From the NCBI GenBank assembly GCA_000934665.2, contig KZ538105.1, positions 1 through 64,000 on the forward strand: 64,000 bases of DNA, given 5' to 3'. Below the pieces are notes generated by a model. It did no database searches, was not told where the DNA came from, and saw only the letters and a list, made by a program, of their open reading frames with translations. Shown one piece after another: positions 41,651-56,559 of the stretch (position 1 is its first letter; each line of letters starts with the position of its first letter). This stretch comes from Catajapyx aquilonaris. Its lineage: Eukaryota. The position numbers and the translations under genes were made by a program.

Positions 41651-44600
41651 GCCGGTTTCTCATCGCTATCGTCCTGAATCATTGACGCCTCATTTTGACT
41701 GGACTGTACCTATTTTTTGCGTTCGTGTAAGCCTTTCCCTGATGAGGCCACCATGCTAGTCGGTGCAGAACCCTCATTGGAACCTTCTCGCCTCTCGACA
41801 ACCTCAGAGGCGCCTCATCTCCTCCCTCCACGCGAAGGAAAACCAACCCAATCGCACCTCCAAGCATGGATCTGGGAGGGGGTACTGGGCCCCCAAAAAA
41901 TCAAGCTTCACGTTTGATCCCCGCGCGTGATAAAGGCCTCAACTCGGTTTGTAATATGAGGGCTTGCATGAAACGGAAACTTATCAAAGCCCACGGATAC
42001 CCTGGGGCACCCTCCAAGAGTTGGTGGGGGGAAGCGTCCGAAGAAGACCCTGCAGCCTCATCACAAGGGGGTAGTCCGAGATGCCAGATATGTCAAGGGG
42101 TTGCACATCAGTAGCAAAAGCAGCAATGTGCAGTTCCTATTAATTAATAACGCCATCCCTGCCGAAACGGATTATACCGTTAAGATGTGTTCACTAAGGT
42201 ACGATTCGGACACGGCCAGGACCGGTTGGCCTCGAAGAAGTTAATGAAATTGTCATAAGTGGGAATACTCCCCTTGGCGATAGAAACACCCTGGTCTTGA
42301 CCCGGACCACACACACCTTTTAGTTATCTAGTTTTACCAAACTGACGTCCTTAGTTAGTAAATTGGTATCTCATGAAGTTATGGATAAGCAAGCTTCAAA
42401 GAGACTGTTCCGAGTTGATATGAGGACGTTATGACACTGTCCACGATTGGATGACCACTACTGGACTTTTATCAACCCTCTACACGTGGGGATGTCCCTA
42501 GAGATCGAATCGAGCCAGGGAGGTTTTCCATCTGAGGAACCCGACACACTGTTGCCAACCTGATCTATAGATTGCGTTCTTAACTTTGGGGGATACTAGG
42601 CAACATTGCAGATTCAGCAGCCCCTGGCGCTTCTTTCCAATCCAAAGTCCTTCCTGATGAGAGGATCCTTCAATCCCTAAGACCTTTTCCTCCCTTCCTT
42701 CTTCTTCCTTCTTCTTCTTCTTCCTCTGGGTCGCAAACACCCCTCCAAGGCAGCGACTTGAAGAATCGTACACGGATGCTCCGAGGGGCAATCAGGCAGA
42801 CAGGCGGAGCGTGAAGAGGCCATCCAATGCCCACTTGGCTGTGAACCGGAGGAAGCTGGGGGAAGTAGCCTAGTATACCGGAAGATGAACCACGCCGAGA
42901 CACCTCGCAGATAGACACACTTGGGATCAAAGTTGGGTCGAGATCAAAACATTGGATCAGGTTTTATCATGGGATCATCTCATTACCGCCATTTTGAATC
43001 CGAATTACTAAATTTACACCAAATTGTCATATTATGTGTTATATTATGTGGTGTTACTACAAAATATTTATGACATTATTGCTCGAGTGGCATACATGTT
43101 GTACCTACTGTCGGTTACTGGGTAATTTGCATAAAAATTCTGTTGCCAAAACAAGCACTCATTTTTGATGGAATTGGCATAAAATTCAGCTCAGCATGAA
43201 ATTGCATTGCTGTGTACGCTTTCAAAATAAATAAATAACTACTACGGTGTGCCAGGCAGGTTTCCCTCAAAAATATGAAAAATTCCCACTCTGCATCTAG
43301 CGCAAAATTAATGCGGGCAAAACAAAATAATAACTCAATTCAATCCTACAGTACCCAAGTTATTCAGTTAAATAATAATGCCTACACGTACAGTCATTTG
43401 TTTCCAACCAATGTAAATTTTTCGCTCTAAAAAGACCAAATTGCAAAACAACAAATACGTTATCGCCTAATCACCGCTCGGTCCTAGTCGCCCCAAAAAG
43501 TTTGTAATGAGCGAAATTGATAAACAACATACAGACCTCGTTCATTCCCCATGCAAAACATACGGATGCGACACAAACAACATCAAACATCATCCAAACT
43601 GCCTTTGTAGTTTGCACATCCAAGAGTTTTTTTTAAAAAAAAAATAGAGCGGCGTCAATCACTCGTAGCCAATCAACACATCCGATTTGACCGCAAAATC
43701 GTCCGGTCGGTGAGAGTTACACCTCGCAAAGTCATCCGAGACCGTGACAGAGACGGGTTCGGTCGCGATGAGACAACGCGGTGGTCCGGAAAATTGAGTC
43801 AACGCGTTTCCATCTGTCAAAGACACCACTAGAAAAGAAGCTCACTCTCTAAGCTCTCGTTCTTTGCAGAGATTGCCAACAGATGGCGGTTAGGAATGGA
43901 AATGGAGTCAGTCGGTCAGTGGCGGATGGGAAATTTTATTATAGGCTACAGTACGTAAATAAGTAGAAGAAAAATTACACTGTTCTACAAAATTTCATGT
44001 TTTTCTATTTTTTGAAGATGTGAATAATGATTGCTATTGATGTACAGTACTTTCTGCGCTGAATCCGAATGTCTGATCAGAAGGTTTCTGTCAGGCCGGT
44101 TAGTGGAAGTGATAAAAAGCCAATGGACATATACATCAAAAGAAAGAGACACACCAGGAACATGCGCGTATGGAATTGGTTTTCCTCTGAAACGTAAAAA
44201 TAAATTTGTATAGCATTTCATTGGTCACTTGCTCAGTCACATGCCCAAGAATTGTGACCTCAACAATTAGTGATGTATTTGCGTTACATCAGTCATATTT
44301 AGTGACACTAGTTGTGACTGATATAAGGTTCAGTATGTCAAGTTTGAGGTCTGGGTCATGAATGGTTCGTGAGAAAATAATAGATATGTTTTGCAGATAT
44401 ACCGTTAATTTAACCCGAGAGAATGTTTCCTTGTCGAAGAGTGTTATTATTTTGTGGCTAGCTCGATTACACAGCCTCACGGTAGATGGCAGTGGACCGA
44501 AAATGTAGATGTACGAAACGGTTCAAGGAAACACCCGCCTGAAAGAGGTCGCGTACATAAATGGCGAATGAGACCAGCAACTTATGCGTGACTTCCCGGG

Positions 44601-45161
44601 CCTAGCATGCACACTACTTTGTCCTTTGCCTGTTATACAATGGTTTCTATCGTTCTAGGGGGCTTCCAAATGGGCTCCATATTATCCCTGTTCAAAAGGC
44701 GATAAGGGGGAAACCGACCAAGTTTATGGCGCCATATAAGTGCCATTACCGTATTCCCACATCTCTATCTTCCTAACTAGTCTAGAACTTGGGAATTCGA
44801 TATTCAAAGAGGTAAAAAGAGGCGGTAAACGTTATAAACCGCCCTTGTATTAGGCAGTTAAAGATTTCTATTGTAAATGGGGGAGAGAGGGGACATCAGA
44901 AGGGTGGGGAGGAGGAGGGAACAACCCCTGCTATTCAGACCATATGGTCACGCGTATTACAAGACGTTGCGTGTAGTTACAGATAAAGTGCCGTGTGCAC
45001 TGTCTAGCCCAATGCTGGTGGATTTGTAGCCCAAATTATTTATTACCCAGGAGGGGAGGAGTAGCCGCAACATACGTACATCACGCCTAACATGCATGTA
45101 CATACCTGCAATAAACCAGTCCAACAGATAGAGCTGTCCAGTAAGTGGGCTCTTCACTGTA

Positions 45162-45177
45162 CAGCGCCATCTGCCGG
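45162..45177 (-). promoter_or_regulatory. CTCF-like motif
   Basis: Minus strand CCGGCAGATGGCGCTG. Confidence 0.5.
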
Positions 45178-46691
45178 AGGCGTCAGTGAACTAGTAGTTC
45201 AAGCATGCATCCACTAGTCTACCTGCCTGAATGGTGACATCAGCTCTCACATCACGCTACCAAAAAAGAAGAAGATCAGCAGCATCACCATTCCCAGAAG
45301 GAACTTTCTCCGGCCGTCACAACACATTAGGGCGGTAAGTAGACAAGCCTTTTCTGTCCTTCTTCGCCTTGGATTGGACGGCCACTTTTATGCGTTCCAG
45401 CTTGTCCGTTCGGATGACTTAAAGTGGGCAGGTAATGGCAGGAATAATAAAAGAGATAAGCAAGGTGTGCGGCATATATCCAGCATCCTTAACCCGGAAG
45501 AAGAGCCATTGATTGGAAGTTAGAAAAAAAAGAGGCGGGACAGAAACGTTTGTCTCTCTGAGCTTTCATTAAATTGACGTCCACTATCTCCTTCCAACTT
45601 CTAATGAAAGTGGTCCTTTTCGATAAAACATCGAGAGTGAAAATCAATGTCTTTACCTCCCAGCCCAAAAAATGTCTAGAAGCTTTAATTAGACTTAAGT
45701 TCGATCCTATGGATCAAGACTGTAATCAACCAGTGTCTGACATCAAGACGGACAATAGAGAGCCTAGAGTGCAAAGTTTTCTTCTAAGGGATCGTCCTGG
45801 ACGAATGTTGATGAGGGGGTAAGCCCGTAGGAAAGCAACACGGAGGCCCAGGCTTAGAATGTACACCTCAACCCTTCTAAGCCTTGGCGCTTTCACAAAT
45901 TCACTTCGTCTGAAGCCAAGATCCGAAGAGGAGATGGTGGACGCAGTTTCGTCGAGCTCTGATGGAGTTTTCGTGTACAAAAGTCGCCTCGAAATTTATC
46001 CTCTTGTCCGATACCTATCGGCTTGCTTCTAGGCTTGCATCTCGAAAGCACAATGGGTCTGCTAGTGCCTCGAGGTGCTACATAGTTACAATAATATTTT
46101 CGTTTTCCCAAAAATTTTGTGGAGGGCTTGAGTGTCTGGAGGTGGAGCACAAGAATTTTTGGGATGCTAGGTCAGGCACTCAAGTAGAAAAGGTCAATAA
46201 AGAAAGTTTCAAAGTGTTGTGTCTTTTAGAGTGATCTATTGTCATAACATTATAGTCTGCATTGTTGCTTCTGGCTTTACGGTTGGCGGCAATCTGTACT
46301 TTTAATGTTGATAAAAAGGATTAGCGGCTAATACCAGACCGAATCGGGTCTATCCAAGCTATGAATTGCAATGAATTTTAGATTGGGAATGGCCCATCGA
46401 ACCCATTTTTGCAGCCCTGACCTACTTTGCAGGCTTTAAAAAAGGATGTGTCCACACAACCTAATACACAACTAAAATATTTGATACCACTAAAATGTAG
46501 CTGATTAAAATAAGCAGCTTAGTGCATGTTTTAAACTGCTGACAATTCAATTAACTCACCCTGTATGTAAACCTAGATTTTCTCAAAATATAAGAATCAC
46601 ACATTAAGCTAAACTGCATTTAACCTTTAACAATCAATAATTATGCAAACATTTTTCAACCTTATTCGCTCGAAATAATTCCCTTCTTATA

Positions 46692-46865
46692 CAGGGTGTC
46701 TCAACTTTTTTGTCCGAACAATTATCTAGCAGTGACTTGCAACCAGTGCTGCTTCCCTGGCTTTATCAGTTGAGGGATGTGCCAGGAATGTTAGGGGCAT
46801 ATTCTGGCTACATAGCTAGAAGGTTTTTCCGATAACTGTTCGGACAAAAAAGTTGAGACACCCTG
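46692..46865. mobile_element. Tc1/mariner-type MITE (174 bp), TA TSD
   Basis: TA|CAGGGTGTCTCAACTTTTTTGTCCGAACAATTATC...GATAACTGTTCGGACAAAAAGTTGAGACACCCTG|TA. Confidence 0.9.
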
Positions 46866-48899
46866 TATATAAGGGCAGAAAATAATTTTATTGCTAATAC
46901 TTCGCAATTTTTCAGAAATTTATTCAGCCATTTTATATTTTGCGAAACCTGAATATAAATTTTCAAAAATTTGACTATGCTACATGTGCGCTTTAACTCG
47001 GCCGTGGGCTTGCTTTAAAACAATACTAGTGCTGACACGCTCTTTTTTTTTAAAAAAATTAAAGTCCTCCAAACATAAAAATCGAGCAGGCAAATCTCAT
47101 TACCCTCATCCGCATATGCAAATTCCCTTCTCTTTTTAATATATTGATATATTCTAATTTCTAGCCCTTTCCACACTTGGAAAGGTCTTGATTCAATTGA
47201 TGTTTGAACAGTACCGACAACTATTCAAACTATTGGATGTGCGCACATGCTAAAAACGTCCAGTCCACTTCCTCAATTACCTATCCAATAGTTATTTGAG
47301 AGTTTCTATTGGAAACTTTGGCGCAAACGGCTCAGTTAGGTTGAATTGGTTTATTTTATTTTTGTTCTAGCCTCCTTTTTTTCGGCCCTTCTTACAGTTG
47401 GAAAAGTACACTAAGAGGCGTCGACGATGCCCCGGAGATTGGATAAGCTTGGAAAGAAGCCTTCCGCCAATTCAGTCCTCACTGTAAAGCTCCAAGATGG
47501 CGGAGGGAATTTCTGCGAATTGCATTCAGGATTGCCAATGACCCCTCAGGTTAAAGCCAGGGGGTCATTGGTATGGGGCTGGGCCAAGCATATGGAATCG
47601 AGCTGGCTTTTTCTCTCTCTCTCTTCTTGCTGAGAACCGCCAGATTAGGTCCTGAAAATAACGCAGAGGATTTCCTGGGGAGGCCACAGATATGCCAAGT
47701 CACGTAACTGGATGGGTGCTTTTTGTTTGAGGACTGATTGAAATTAATTAGACTAGTTGGATTAAAAATGGCGGACATAAAATGGCACTGGTCACTTTTA
47801 GCCTCAGATGTGTATAAATATGATCAAAATTTTCAGACTATTTCGCAGGCCAGATGGTTTGATTCAATATTGACGTCAACGGTTGAGCAACACGAGCAAA
47901 CAACTTTCACCGTTCTATTGTGTCAAAATCGCTCGTCTCTTCAAAGATTACATTCTATTTACGAACCTTTTTTCCCCCCATCCCACAACATGACTTTCCA
48001 CATGTCCTGTCAGCTCTTCGCCTTAATCTCTCATCTTCTGCCACCCTTCGTGAGAAACATGGAAATCAATTCTCCTCAACAATCCGCACCTGCTCAAAAT
48101 CGTGGCATCAATCAACTTGGTCAAAAAAATGAATAATCGTGGATAAAGGAAAAACGTCCTCAAAAAGTGGGAGGAGTTAGAAAACGTCACGACCTATCGC
48201 GCCAAACGGTCAAATTATCGAAAAATCGATTTTAGATACATCGGTTGTTCGATATATCCACAGGAGCCCTCTTTGGAAAAATTTTGCTTTGCAGTCATGG
48301 TAGGTTGTATGTACATGTTGTAAACTGTAAATGCATGTTGTTGTTTTTTTTGCCCCGTGGTGGGCATATGGCCAACGGCCGGTTGTGTGCACACATCATT
48401 ACCATATCTGATGTTATTATGCCAAATAAGGGAGCCGGGCCTTGCCAAGGCACAAAGGTGCGCCCTTTTGAAAGGAAGCTCAAACGTGCCAAACTTGTGG
48501 CAATAACTGTCAAAAGATATCATATGAGGGGCTCTTTTGTTTGGGTGCTTTAGGAGGCGGGTGCTGCTGGTAGCGGAGGTCATGTTCTATTAACACGATT
48601 TTATAGACACAAAAGGGGGCTACCGGATTGGTATAGTAGGCAGCATATCAGCAAAACTTGTACGCAATAATGTTACGACAATATTATGAAAAATTAACTA
48701 TGATTCGTGAACATAATAGTTCATTATACGTGCAGAGAAGCCTGCCCCGTAATATGTTTTAAGCAGTGAAAGTTATGGCAATAATGAACTTTAACCTATG
48801 ATTGCCCCGAATAACAATGTATAGGCTACAATACTAAATAGAACTTAAAAATAATTTGAAGACATTATTTATAGAAATTCAGAAATTCAACCATCTGCA

Positions 48900-49300
48900 T
48901 AAAAGTATTTATCTAAATGCATAAAAATATTTCCTATAGGTGCATAGGGTTTGGGAATATTTTTATACATTTATATTCTAAATTAGCGTTCTTAAATTTT
49001 GGGACAGGTAAACAAATATATTCACGTGCCTGCATCAATTTCATTTGCATGACCCAAAATGACGTATAAAATTATTTGCCCATATGTATATAAAAATATT
49101 GATCTAAATTATTTTAGATTAATACTAAATACTAAATTTTAGATAAATGCTTTCATACAGTATATACATATGGGCAAATTATTTTATACATCATTTTGGG
49201 ATAGGTAAATAAAATTGATGCAAATATATGAATATATTTATTTACCTGCCCCAATATGCACCTTAGTAAATATTTTTATTCATTTAGATTTAGACGAATA
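48900..49300. mobile_element. Old AT-rich fold-back element
   Basis: CCCAAAATGACGTATAAAATTATTTGCCCATATGTATATA / TATATACATATGGGCAAATTATTTTATACATCATTTTGGG, with degenerate outer arms. Confidence 0.7.
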
Positions 49301-51004
49301 CTTTTATACATTTCAGGGCAGGTTTTGCCCCAAAATTCGTTCACCTTAGCGCATATTTGTATGCATTTAAAGCTGTATGCACTTTTTGCAATCAAATCTC
49401 TGTCATTTCCTCACTCAATTTCCGTCAACACTCGAAAAAAACCATTAAAAGTCCCGTTCTCCTCCTTTAGCACCACCAACCCCGTGGGAAGAAACACCCC
49501 CACATAAAACAAAACCGTCTCCGAACATATTTCACACCCATCCTTCTCTCCCCAGGTGTCATGGATATATAACTCCCCCCTTTACAAAACGCATAACATC
49601 ACTTGGCTCCAAATGACCATGCACTGTGGCTCACGGCTAGTTAACCGTGGTCCGTTCGTTATACCCCGAGAACGGGACCGTGTACCTGGGGCTGGCACAC
49701 AAGACCATGACAAGGGTGATTGAAGAGTCTGCCTGTCATTGAGGACGACTAATGAGATGGGCTTAGCGGAGGTTCACGGCTTGTTCGGTAATCTCTTCAG
49801 TGGGGAAGGCGGGACACAGAGAAGAGAGGAGCTCATAAAAACTTCATCAGGCTCAGACCAGCATTTAGGTCCGCATGGGATCGAATTACACCTCTTTTTG
49901 TCGTCTTTTTGCGTGTGTCGGATTGTATGGACCGCTAAGGACTGAAGCCGTGACGCCATGACAGTCAGCGATCCGAATGCGGCTGCGCGTGCACCCAAAT
50001 GCGCCTGAACTATTCAGTAATGTACACAATATTTAATGACTACATATATTCCAAATTTTAAACATTTTCAGTAAGCTACTCTGTGGCAGACCTACTAATA
50101 TGGCGGCCAATTTTGGCTTCAAATTTCTCAACAGTTGGAGTGGGCGGAGCAAGGGTCACGTGCCCCCGCCGATCACCCCTTTTGACCCCGTCCAAATGGG
50201 AGGCTAGTGCCAGGGATCGAAGCCAGCAAGAGCCTTGTGCGAAATGGGCTCCTAAATCACTTATCCGGTGGGTGGACCACCGCTCTCCTTCTCCTTTTCT
50301 TTTTCTTGTGTGTGTGTGTTCTTCTTGTGCGCCTTGGGGATGACCTCTGAGGAGTAGCCCCAGCATCCGTGATGGGGGCTATCTGCACCATCACCGCCGA
50401 CATCTGCTCTTAGCCCGGCCACTTCTGACCCTTTCTCTTCCCCCCTATTACTTCCCATGCCCCTTGATTTATACACCGGAGCGCCTCTTATAGAATGTTG
50501 GGAGACGGTGCGGATGCCACATAATTCCTCCAAAGAAAAGAGCCCGGCTCAAGAAGAATGGCCTCTACTAACTCCTCACTCCTGCTATATCCTTCCTTAT
50601 ATCTCTCCAGGAGGATATCGCCATTCTCCTTTTTTCCGGGTTGCCTCCAAGTTGCTCCCAAAATCGGTATAATTGCGAGTATAGGGTGCTTCTGGATTGT
50701 TCCGACTTGGAGACGAGACAGTGTTGTCTCGTCTCCAAATCGGAACAATTATTGTGAGCATTCAGACCTGTCCTATCTAGGAGAGTAGCGTCATATAATG
50801 ACGCCAGCACGTCCGAATGTTTATATTTTTAAAAATGTAGAATTATATGTTAAGTATTCATTATAAAAACATTTAACTAGGCATGTCCTTAAATTATAAT
50901 TTTTATGAAAATTATTTTGACATTTTCAATATTTATATACACATAGCGTTGGACATGCTTCCATTTTTGAACCAACATAATTGCACTTTAAAAATTACTT
51001 TTGT

Positions 51005-51275
51005 ATAAAAATATTTCCAAGCAAGAATATAAAAATATTCAAATGTAAAAATATTAAAATATTTCCAGCCAAGAATATAAAAATATTCAAATGTAAAAAT
51101 ATTAAAATATTTCCAGCCAAGAATATAAAAATATTTCCAGCCAAGAATATAAAAATATTCAAATGTAAAAATATTAAAATATTTCCAGCCAAGAATATAA
51201 AAATATTTCCAGCCAAGAATATAAAAATATTCAAATGTAAAAATATTAATATATTTTCATGTAAAAATATTAATA
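51005..51275. repeat. 24-bp minisatellite with two interspersed variants
   Basis: AAAATATTTCCAGCCAAGAATATA and AAAATATTCAAATGTAAAAATATT. Confidence 0.93.
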
Positions 51276-52564
51276 TTGCTTCCGTCATAGATAGGATTTT
51301 CATTTTAAAATATTTATTTACGCCATAATAAAGTTGGTGAATTTTCAGAATGGTGTACTCACGTACTGGTTGAGATCTTCGGGTACCCACGACCCTGCAT
51401 AGAAAAAGCTCGCCTATTAAGAACGCTAACCGAATATCAAACAAGTTATTACCTCATAACTGTACCTTTCGATTAGAAACCGCCCCGTCAACCAACCGGA
51501 GCCTCGACTCCTTCCTATTTAAATAAAGCGGAACGTCACTAAAGCGATGTACCCGGGCGAGATTAATTTGCGTCTACTATCGTCATTATCAGTGATTAGC
51601 GTCCATCAAAGCCCTGGTCCGAATCCCCAGCAAAAATCCCACACATGTACACACGCCTGGAAGCAAAGCGCGTCAATAATCCGGTGTGTGTATGTGTGTG
51701 CCTCATGTGTGTGTGTACCGTTTTTTTACCTTCTCTAGCAACCCGCCTGTCCAACGTGCTAATCAAATGAGGGTGTAATTAAGTTGAAATCTAGCTATCC
51801 CGCTGCATGCCAATTATCCTGCTACTCACGGCTGTTATTTTCTCTACCCCTCTATACCTCGCCCCCTCATGGCCTAAGTACAAATTTTGAAAAGTTGGGC
51901 CTCCCACCTTAGGGGGTTTAAACCCCATCACTTATTTCGCATTCGGTTTTATTATGTCATTATGAGTAACATCATCATAGTAAGTGCGCCCGCTAGCTAC
52001 GCCACACGACGGAAGGTCAACCATTTATAATCCGCTGATTAAGAAATTATTATTTTTTATTTATAAAAATTATCTGCCTGGTGGTACACTCCTTTAAAAA
52101 AAATGGCTTTAACTACATTCCAGTACGACACCTACGTGGTGTGTGGGCCCCCAGGCACCTCCAGGATGGACTGATAGTAATTGCCTAAATAATACACTAC
52201 ACTTGACGGATTTCTCACGTTGCGGTGTTTTTGGCGATAATAATGCATGGTGGGTACCAAAAATGGGACGGGGGGGATTGAAATGTGACGCATGGCCTGG
52301 GGAGCCGATTGATAGGCTGAGATTACCATGCATGGGTGTTATCGCGCACCGATGTGGCATCGCCGGATTGACATCGGTTCCACATACCCAAACAAAGGAT
52401 TTTCAAGCTGACCAATCAGAAGCCTCCACGTTATCTGTGAAGACGCCATTGTTATCAGGCTGATACCGGACAAGATTTCGTTACACGTATCTGATAGTTG
52501 GGCAGAGAAACACAGAGTTATAATAATTTATTATTGAGGAATATATAATTGATACTTTAAAAAA

Positions 52565-52880
52565 GTATAGTAAATATTGAAAAATATATGCAGTAAAATA
52601 TTGAGAAATAAATGTAACTTAGTAAATATTGAAAAGTAAATGTTACTTAGTAAATATTGAAAAATAAATGCAGTAAAATAGTGAAAAATAAATGTACCAG
52701 TAAATAATAGAAAAATAAATAAACAGTAAATATTGAATAAATAAATAAACAGTAAATATTGAATAAATAAATAAATTGAATAATATAAAAATTATATAAA
52801 TAAAACGAAATAAGATAAAATAAAACCGAAACAAAAATAAAAGCGATCACTAAAAATAAAATAAATACTAAAAATTACAT
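52565..52880. repeat. A-rich degenerate tandem repeat
   Basis: Recurrent AGTAAATATTGAA(A/T)AAATAAAT. Confidence 0.8.
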
Positions 52881-55124
52881 TTAAAACTAATAATTGCGTA
52901 ATTATGCTCTGTATACGTATAACTAATAAGTAGTTATGTAACTTACATGTCTTGTGATACATTTTGGCGCCGTGCCATGACCAATCACATATCGGCTTTA
53001 GTAAGATGACCTTCGGTTTAAATCGAGTCCAGGCCGGACAATGCAACAGTGCCTCGTGCAGAATGGTCCAACTCTTATCGACCTGGCCAAACTCTGGAAC
53101 CAGCAAACCTCTTCATTGGCATGCAGCAAATGCCGCAGCATAATGAAGATCATTTTAATTTCTAATCGGACCACGCAGAATGAGTGAGACTGCGAAGGAC
53201 GGACCTATACGTCAACCCCCTCTAGTTTTTCCCCCCACGCAAAAATCAATGACCGCATGTATAAAGTTCATATGTAGCAGACAGTACGAGAGGGGGGGGG
53301 GAGGCCANGCCAGGGGGCTTCCATACAAAAAATTCTTCCATGCATTCGGTTCATTTTCCTGGAAGAGAACCCTCCGGAATCGAGTTAGGTTTTAGTTCCA
53401 AAACAGATTTGATTAGGCCCCGGAGTGAGTAATGCGGAACACGAGCCCACACGCGTACCAACCCGGATCATAATTGAAATGGAAATGGGGACAAGAAGGC
53501 CTCTTTTGTGTCCACCCCTCCAAGGCACAACAATGGTCACTCTTAGCCAGCCGGACGGGTATCCATTCCATTAGGGACGTTCATACCCTAACAAGTCCAA
53601 TATGTTTTGCTTAGTTGCCGAAGAGCGGCCATTTCCTCCCCTTGCCCCCTCTTTCTTCGCCAATCATGGCCGATAACTCACTCAGCTGTCTCCAGCTTGC
53701 TAAAGGGAAGCTTGATCATCGGAGCGTGCACACATTGTTGCGAGGGAAGCCCTCTTCGTCTTCATTTACCTACTCAAATTCTGATTTACTTGCAGTCCCC
53801 AGGCGTCGAGTTATAATGCTGACTTAGATTCCATCCGGCAGACTCTGCTAGATATAGGAATATTGCTAAGTTTCTCAATACGTGCTTTGAAAGTAATATC
53901 TAGGAAGGTATGCGATATTGGTATCTGTCGAGAATGTCCGATGTACGCTCACAATGCTGGACCTTGACACTTTTAGCCTGGAGACACAACAATATGGGGA
54001 TAAATTCGAGCCATCAGCTATGTTTTTGACAACTTGTGATGGGGGGTATTGTGATGGCGGTCACATTACCCCCCCCCCCCCCCACAATTAAAAAAAAATG
54101 CTGATCGTGCTAAATATAGTATTTTGTTTTGAAAACAAAAATTTTAAAGTAATAACTAGGAAAACGCTCGCTCTTTTCTAGGCCTACGGCCCGGGGTACC
54201 GGTACCTATTCGGCGCACCATATCGCCGGGGAATGGACAGTTTCCCCGGCAACCCAACAGGAGTTGTTTACACCCCTTGCGCATGAGTAGAACGCGGGCC
54301 AATGGGGAGGTGGCGGTAACAATATGCGGCGGGGCAATGAGAGGGCTCGGCCAACTCCCGCAAGGATTTTAATATTATATAGATGAGTAAGTAGCCAATA
54401 ATGAATCAAGTGACCTACCAGTGGATAGCTATAAACCAATTGAGGCTCAATAGCAACTGAGTGTTATCCGGGTGGCTAAAGCCCTGTCATCAACAATACG
54501 AAATTTAGAGGGTCGGTAACGAAAGCTGTTGCGGCTTGTAAAATTCAGATCACCTAAAACCGCACGTGAATTGTCATGAGTTTCCAGCCAAACCGCAACA
54601 TGCACGCCCTCTCTCTGGTGTGTTTTGACAGAAATGGGCTGTAAAAATGGATGAAAAACAGTCAGGTTCTGGTAAATATTTTGTCACTTATTAAAATAAA
54701 ACATTAGGCCAAAACGCTTCAACTAGTTTTCCCCTCCCCTCCCCCCATTTTTTTTTATTTCGCCCAATCGAAATTGCAGCTGCCGAATATCAGTCGTGTC
54801 AACAAACTGTATGACTGCATTTTCGGTCGCTGTTTGATCCGATTGTTTGTTTGGTTTATTTGTTTACTCAATTTCTGCCCCGGTGCCCTGTTTTGTGTTA
54901 CTTTCATCCCGGAATCAATCACCTCGCCCTGTTGACTTTTATTGCTCAATTACATGAGAACCTACGTTGTTTGTACTGCACGCGTAGAGATATACGCAAT
55001 TGGAAAGTGTCTGTACACTCTAAACAAGGTATATGTATTCTTACACACTGACGTATGTAAAATTGATAGGCCAAGTTGAGGTTTAAATATGAAGATTTGT
55101 GATGATTTATGATTAATTTTGTGA

Positions 55125-55280
55125 ATTGTCGAATATTTCATGAAGATTGTGCGAAGGATATTGTGGAGTGTGGACAATTTCATGAAGATTGTGTGAAGGA
55201 TATTGTGGAGTGTCGACAATTTCATGAATATTGTGTGAAGGATATTGTGGAGTGTCGAAGATTTCATGAAGATTGTGAAT
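55125..55280. repeat. 42-bp minisatellite (~3.5 copies)
   Basis: AATTTCATGAAGATTGTGTGAAGGATATTGTGGAGTGTCGAC. Confidence 0.9.
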
Positions 55281-55938
55281 GATTTTTTGAGGATATAAGT
55301 GGTGTTAAGATTTAACTAATAAACGAATGTAAGTATAACTCTGAATGATTTGTGTGTAAAATATTTGTGTGAATTTTGCTCCAAAGTATGTAAAGCCACC
55401 CACACCCAATTGCTTCCTCTAGTATGAATATTGTTGACAACCTGTCTGATTTTTTTTAAAATCCAGAATTGATTGTCGATGGTGGTAGGAAGGGGGTCTG
55501 TAATCACTGCTTCCTTTTTGGCCTGAAGAACGCCAGTCTTTTCACTCCGGCCACAAAAGGTGTGCTCTTGTTCGGACTGAAAACGCACGGGGGTTTCGAA
55601 TCAATAGTTTCCGCCACAAAACCCGCACGCTCTTCCTCCTCCTCCTCCACCCCCTACTCTCCCCGCTTCCCACCCGGAAAACTCCACAACACAATACCCT
55701 GGCTGTAAGCAAGAGCTGCACTGAAGGAGAGGAAATGGAAGAAAAGAGGTGTAATACAGCCTCAACAATGAGGAGTTGGGGGAACCAATCCGGTGTGTGC
55801 TAAGTGCGATACCTGATGCATAATGGAGAAGTTAACAATGGAAATTGCAACAATGACAGTAATTAAAGTCCATACTAAAATAGGACAGCCAATCAGGGTG
55901 AGGATCATTTTAAGTCAGATCATTGCTGTGATCAGACC

Positions 55939-56559
55939 CGAGGGGGTACTCACTCGACTGTAAAGTGTACACCGGCGTACCAAGGAATACCAAAGAGTAC
56001 CAAAGAGTACCAAAGGACGAAGGTACTAAATACTAAGGACTAAGGTACCAAAGGACTAAGGTACTAAGGAGTACCAAAGAGTACCACTGCAGGTGTACAC
56101 CGGAGTACCAAGGAGTACCTGGGAATACCAAGGAGTACCTGGAAATACCAAGGAGTACCAAAGAGTACCAAAGGACTAAGGTACTAAGAAGTACCAAAGA
56201 GTACCAAAGGACTAAGGTACTAAGAAGTACCAAGGAACTAAGGAGTAAGGACTAAGGTACCAAAGGACTAAGGAGTAAGGACTAAGGTACTAAGAAGTAC
56301 CAAGGAACTAAGGAGTAAGGACTAAGGTACCAAAGGACTAAGGAGTAAGGACTAAGGTACCAAAGGACTAAGGAGTAAGGACTAAGGTACCAAAGGACTA
56401 AGGAGTAAGGACTGAGGTACCAAAGGACTAAGGAGTAAGGACTAAGGTACCAAAGGACTAAGGCGTAAGGACTAAGGTACCAAAGGACTAAGGTACTAAG
56501 AAGTACCAAAGAGTACCACTGCAGGTGTACACCAGAGTACTGAAGTGAGTACCCCCTTG
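55939..56559 (+). mobile_element. Non-autonomous TIR transposon (hAT or P superfamily), 8-bp TSD, with expanded internal minisatellite
   Basis: ATCAGACC|CGAGGGGGTACTCACT...AGTGAGTACCCCCTTG|ATCAGACC; the interior is GGTACCAAAGGACTAAGGAGTAAGGACTAA repeats. Confidence 0.92.

Noticed and set aside
41739..41775. Hammerhead ribozyme core CTGATGA (also 42654, 58718, and minus-strand hits)
   Set aside because: No properly placed stem II followed by GAAA could be built.
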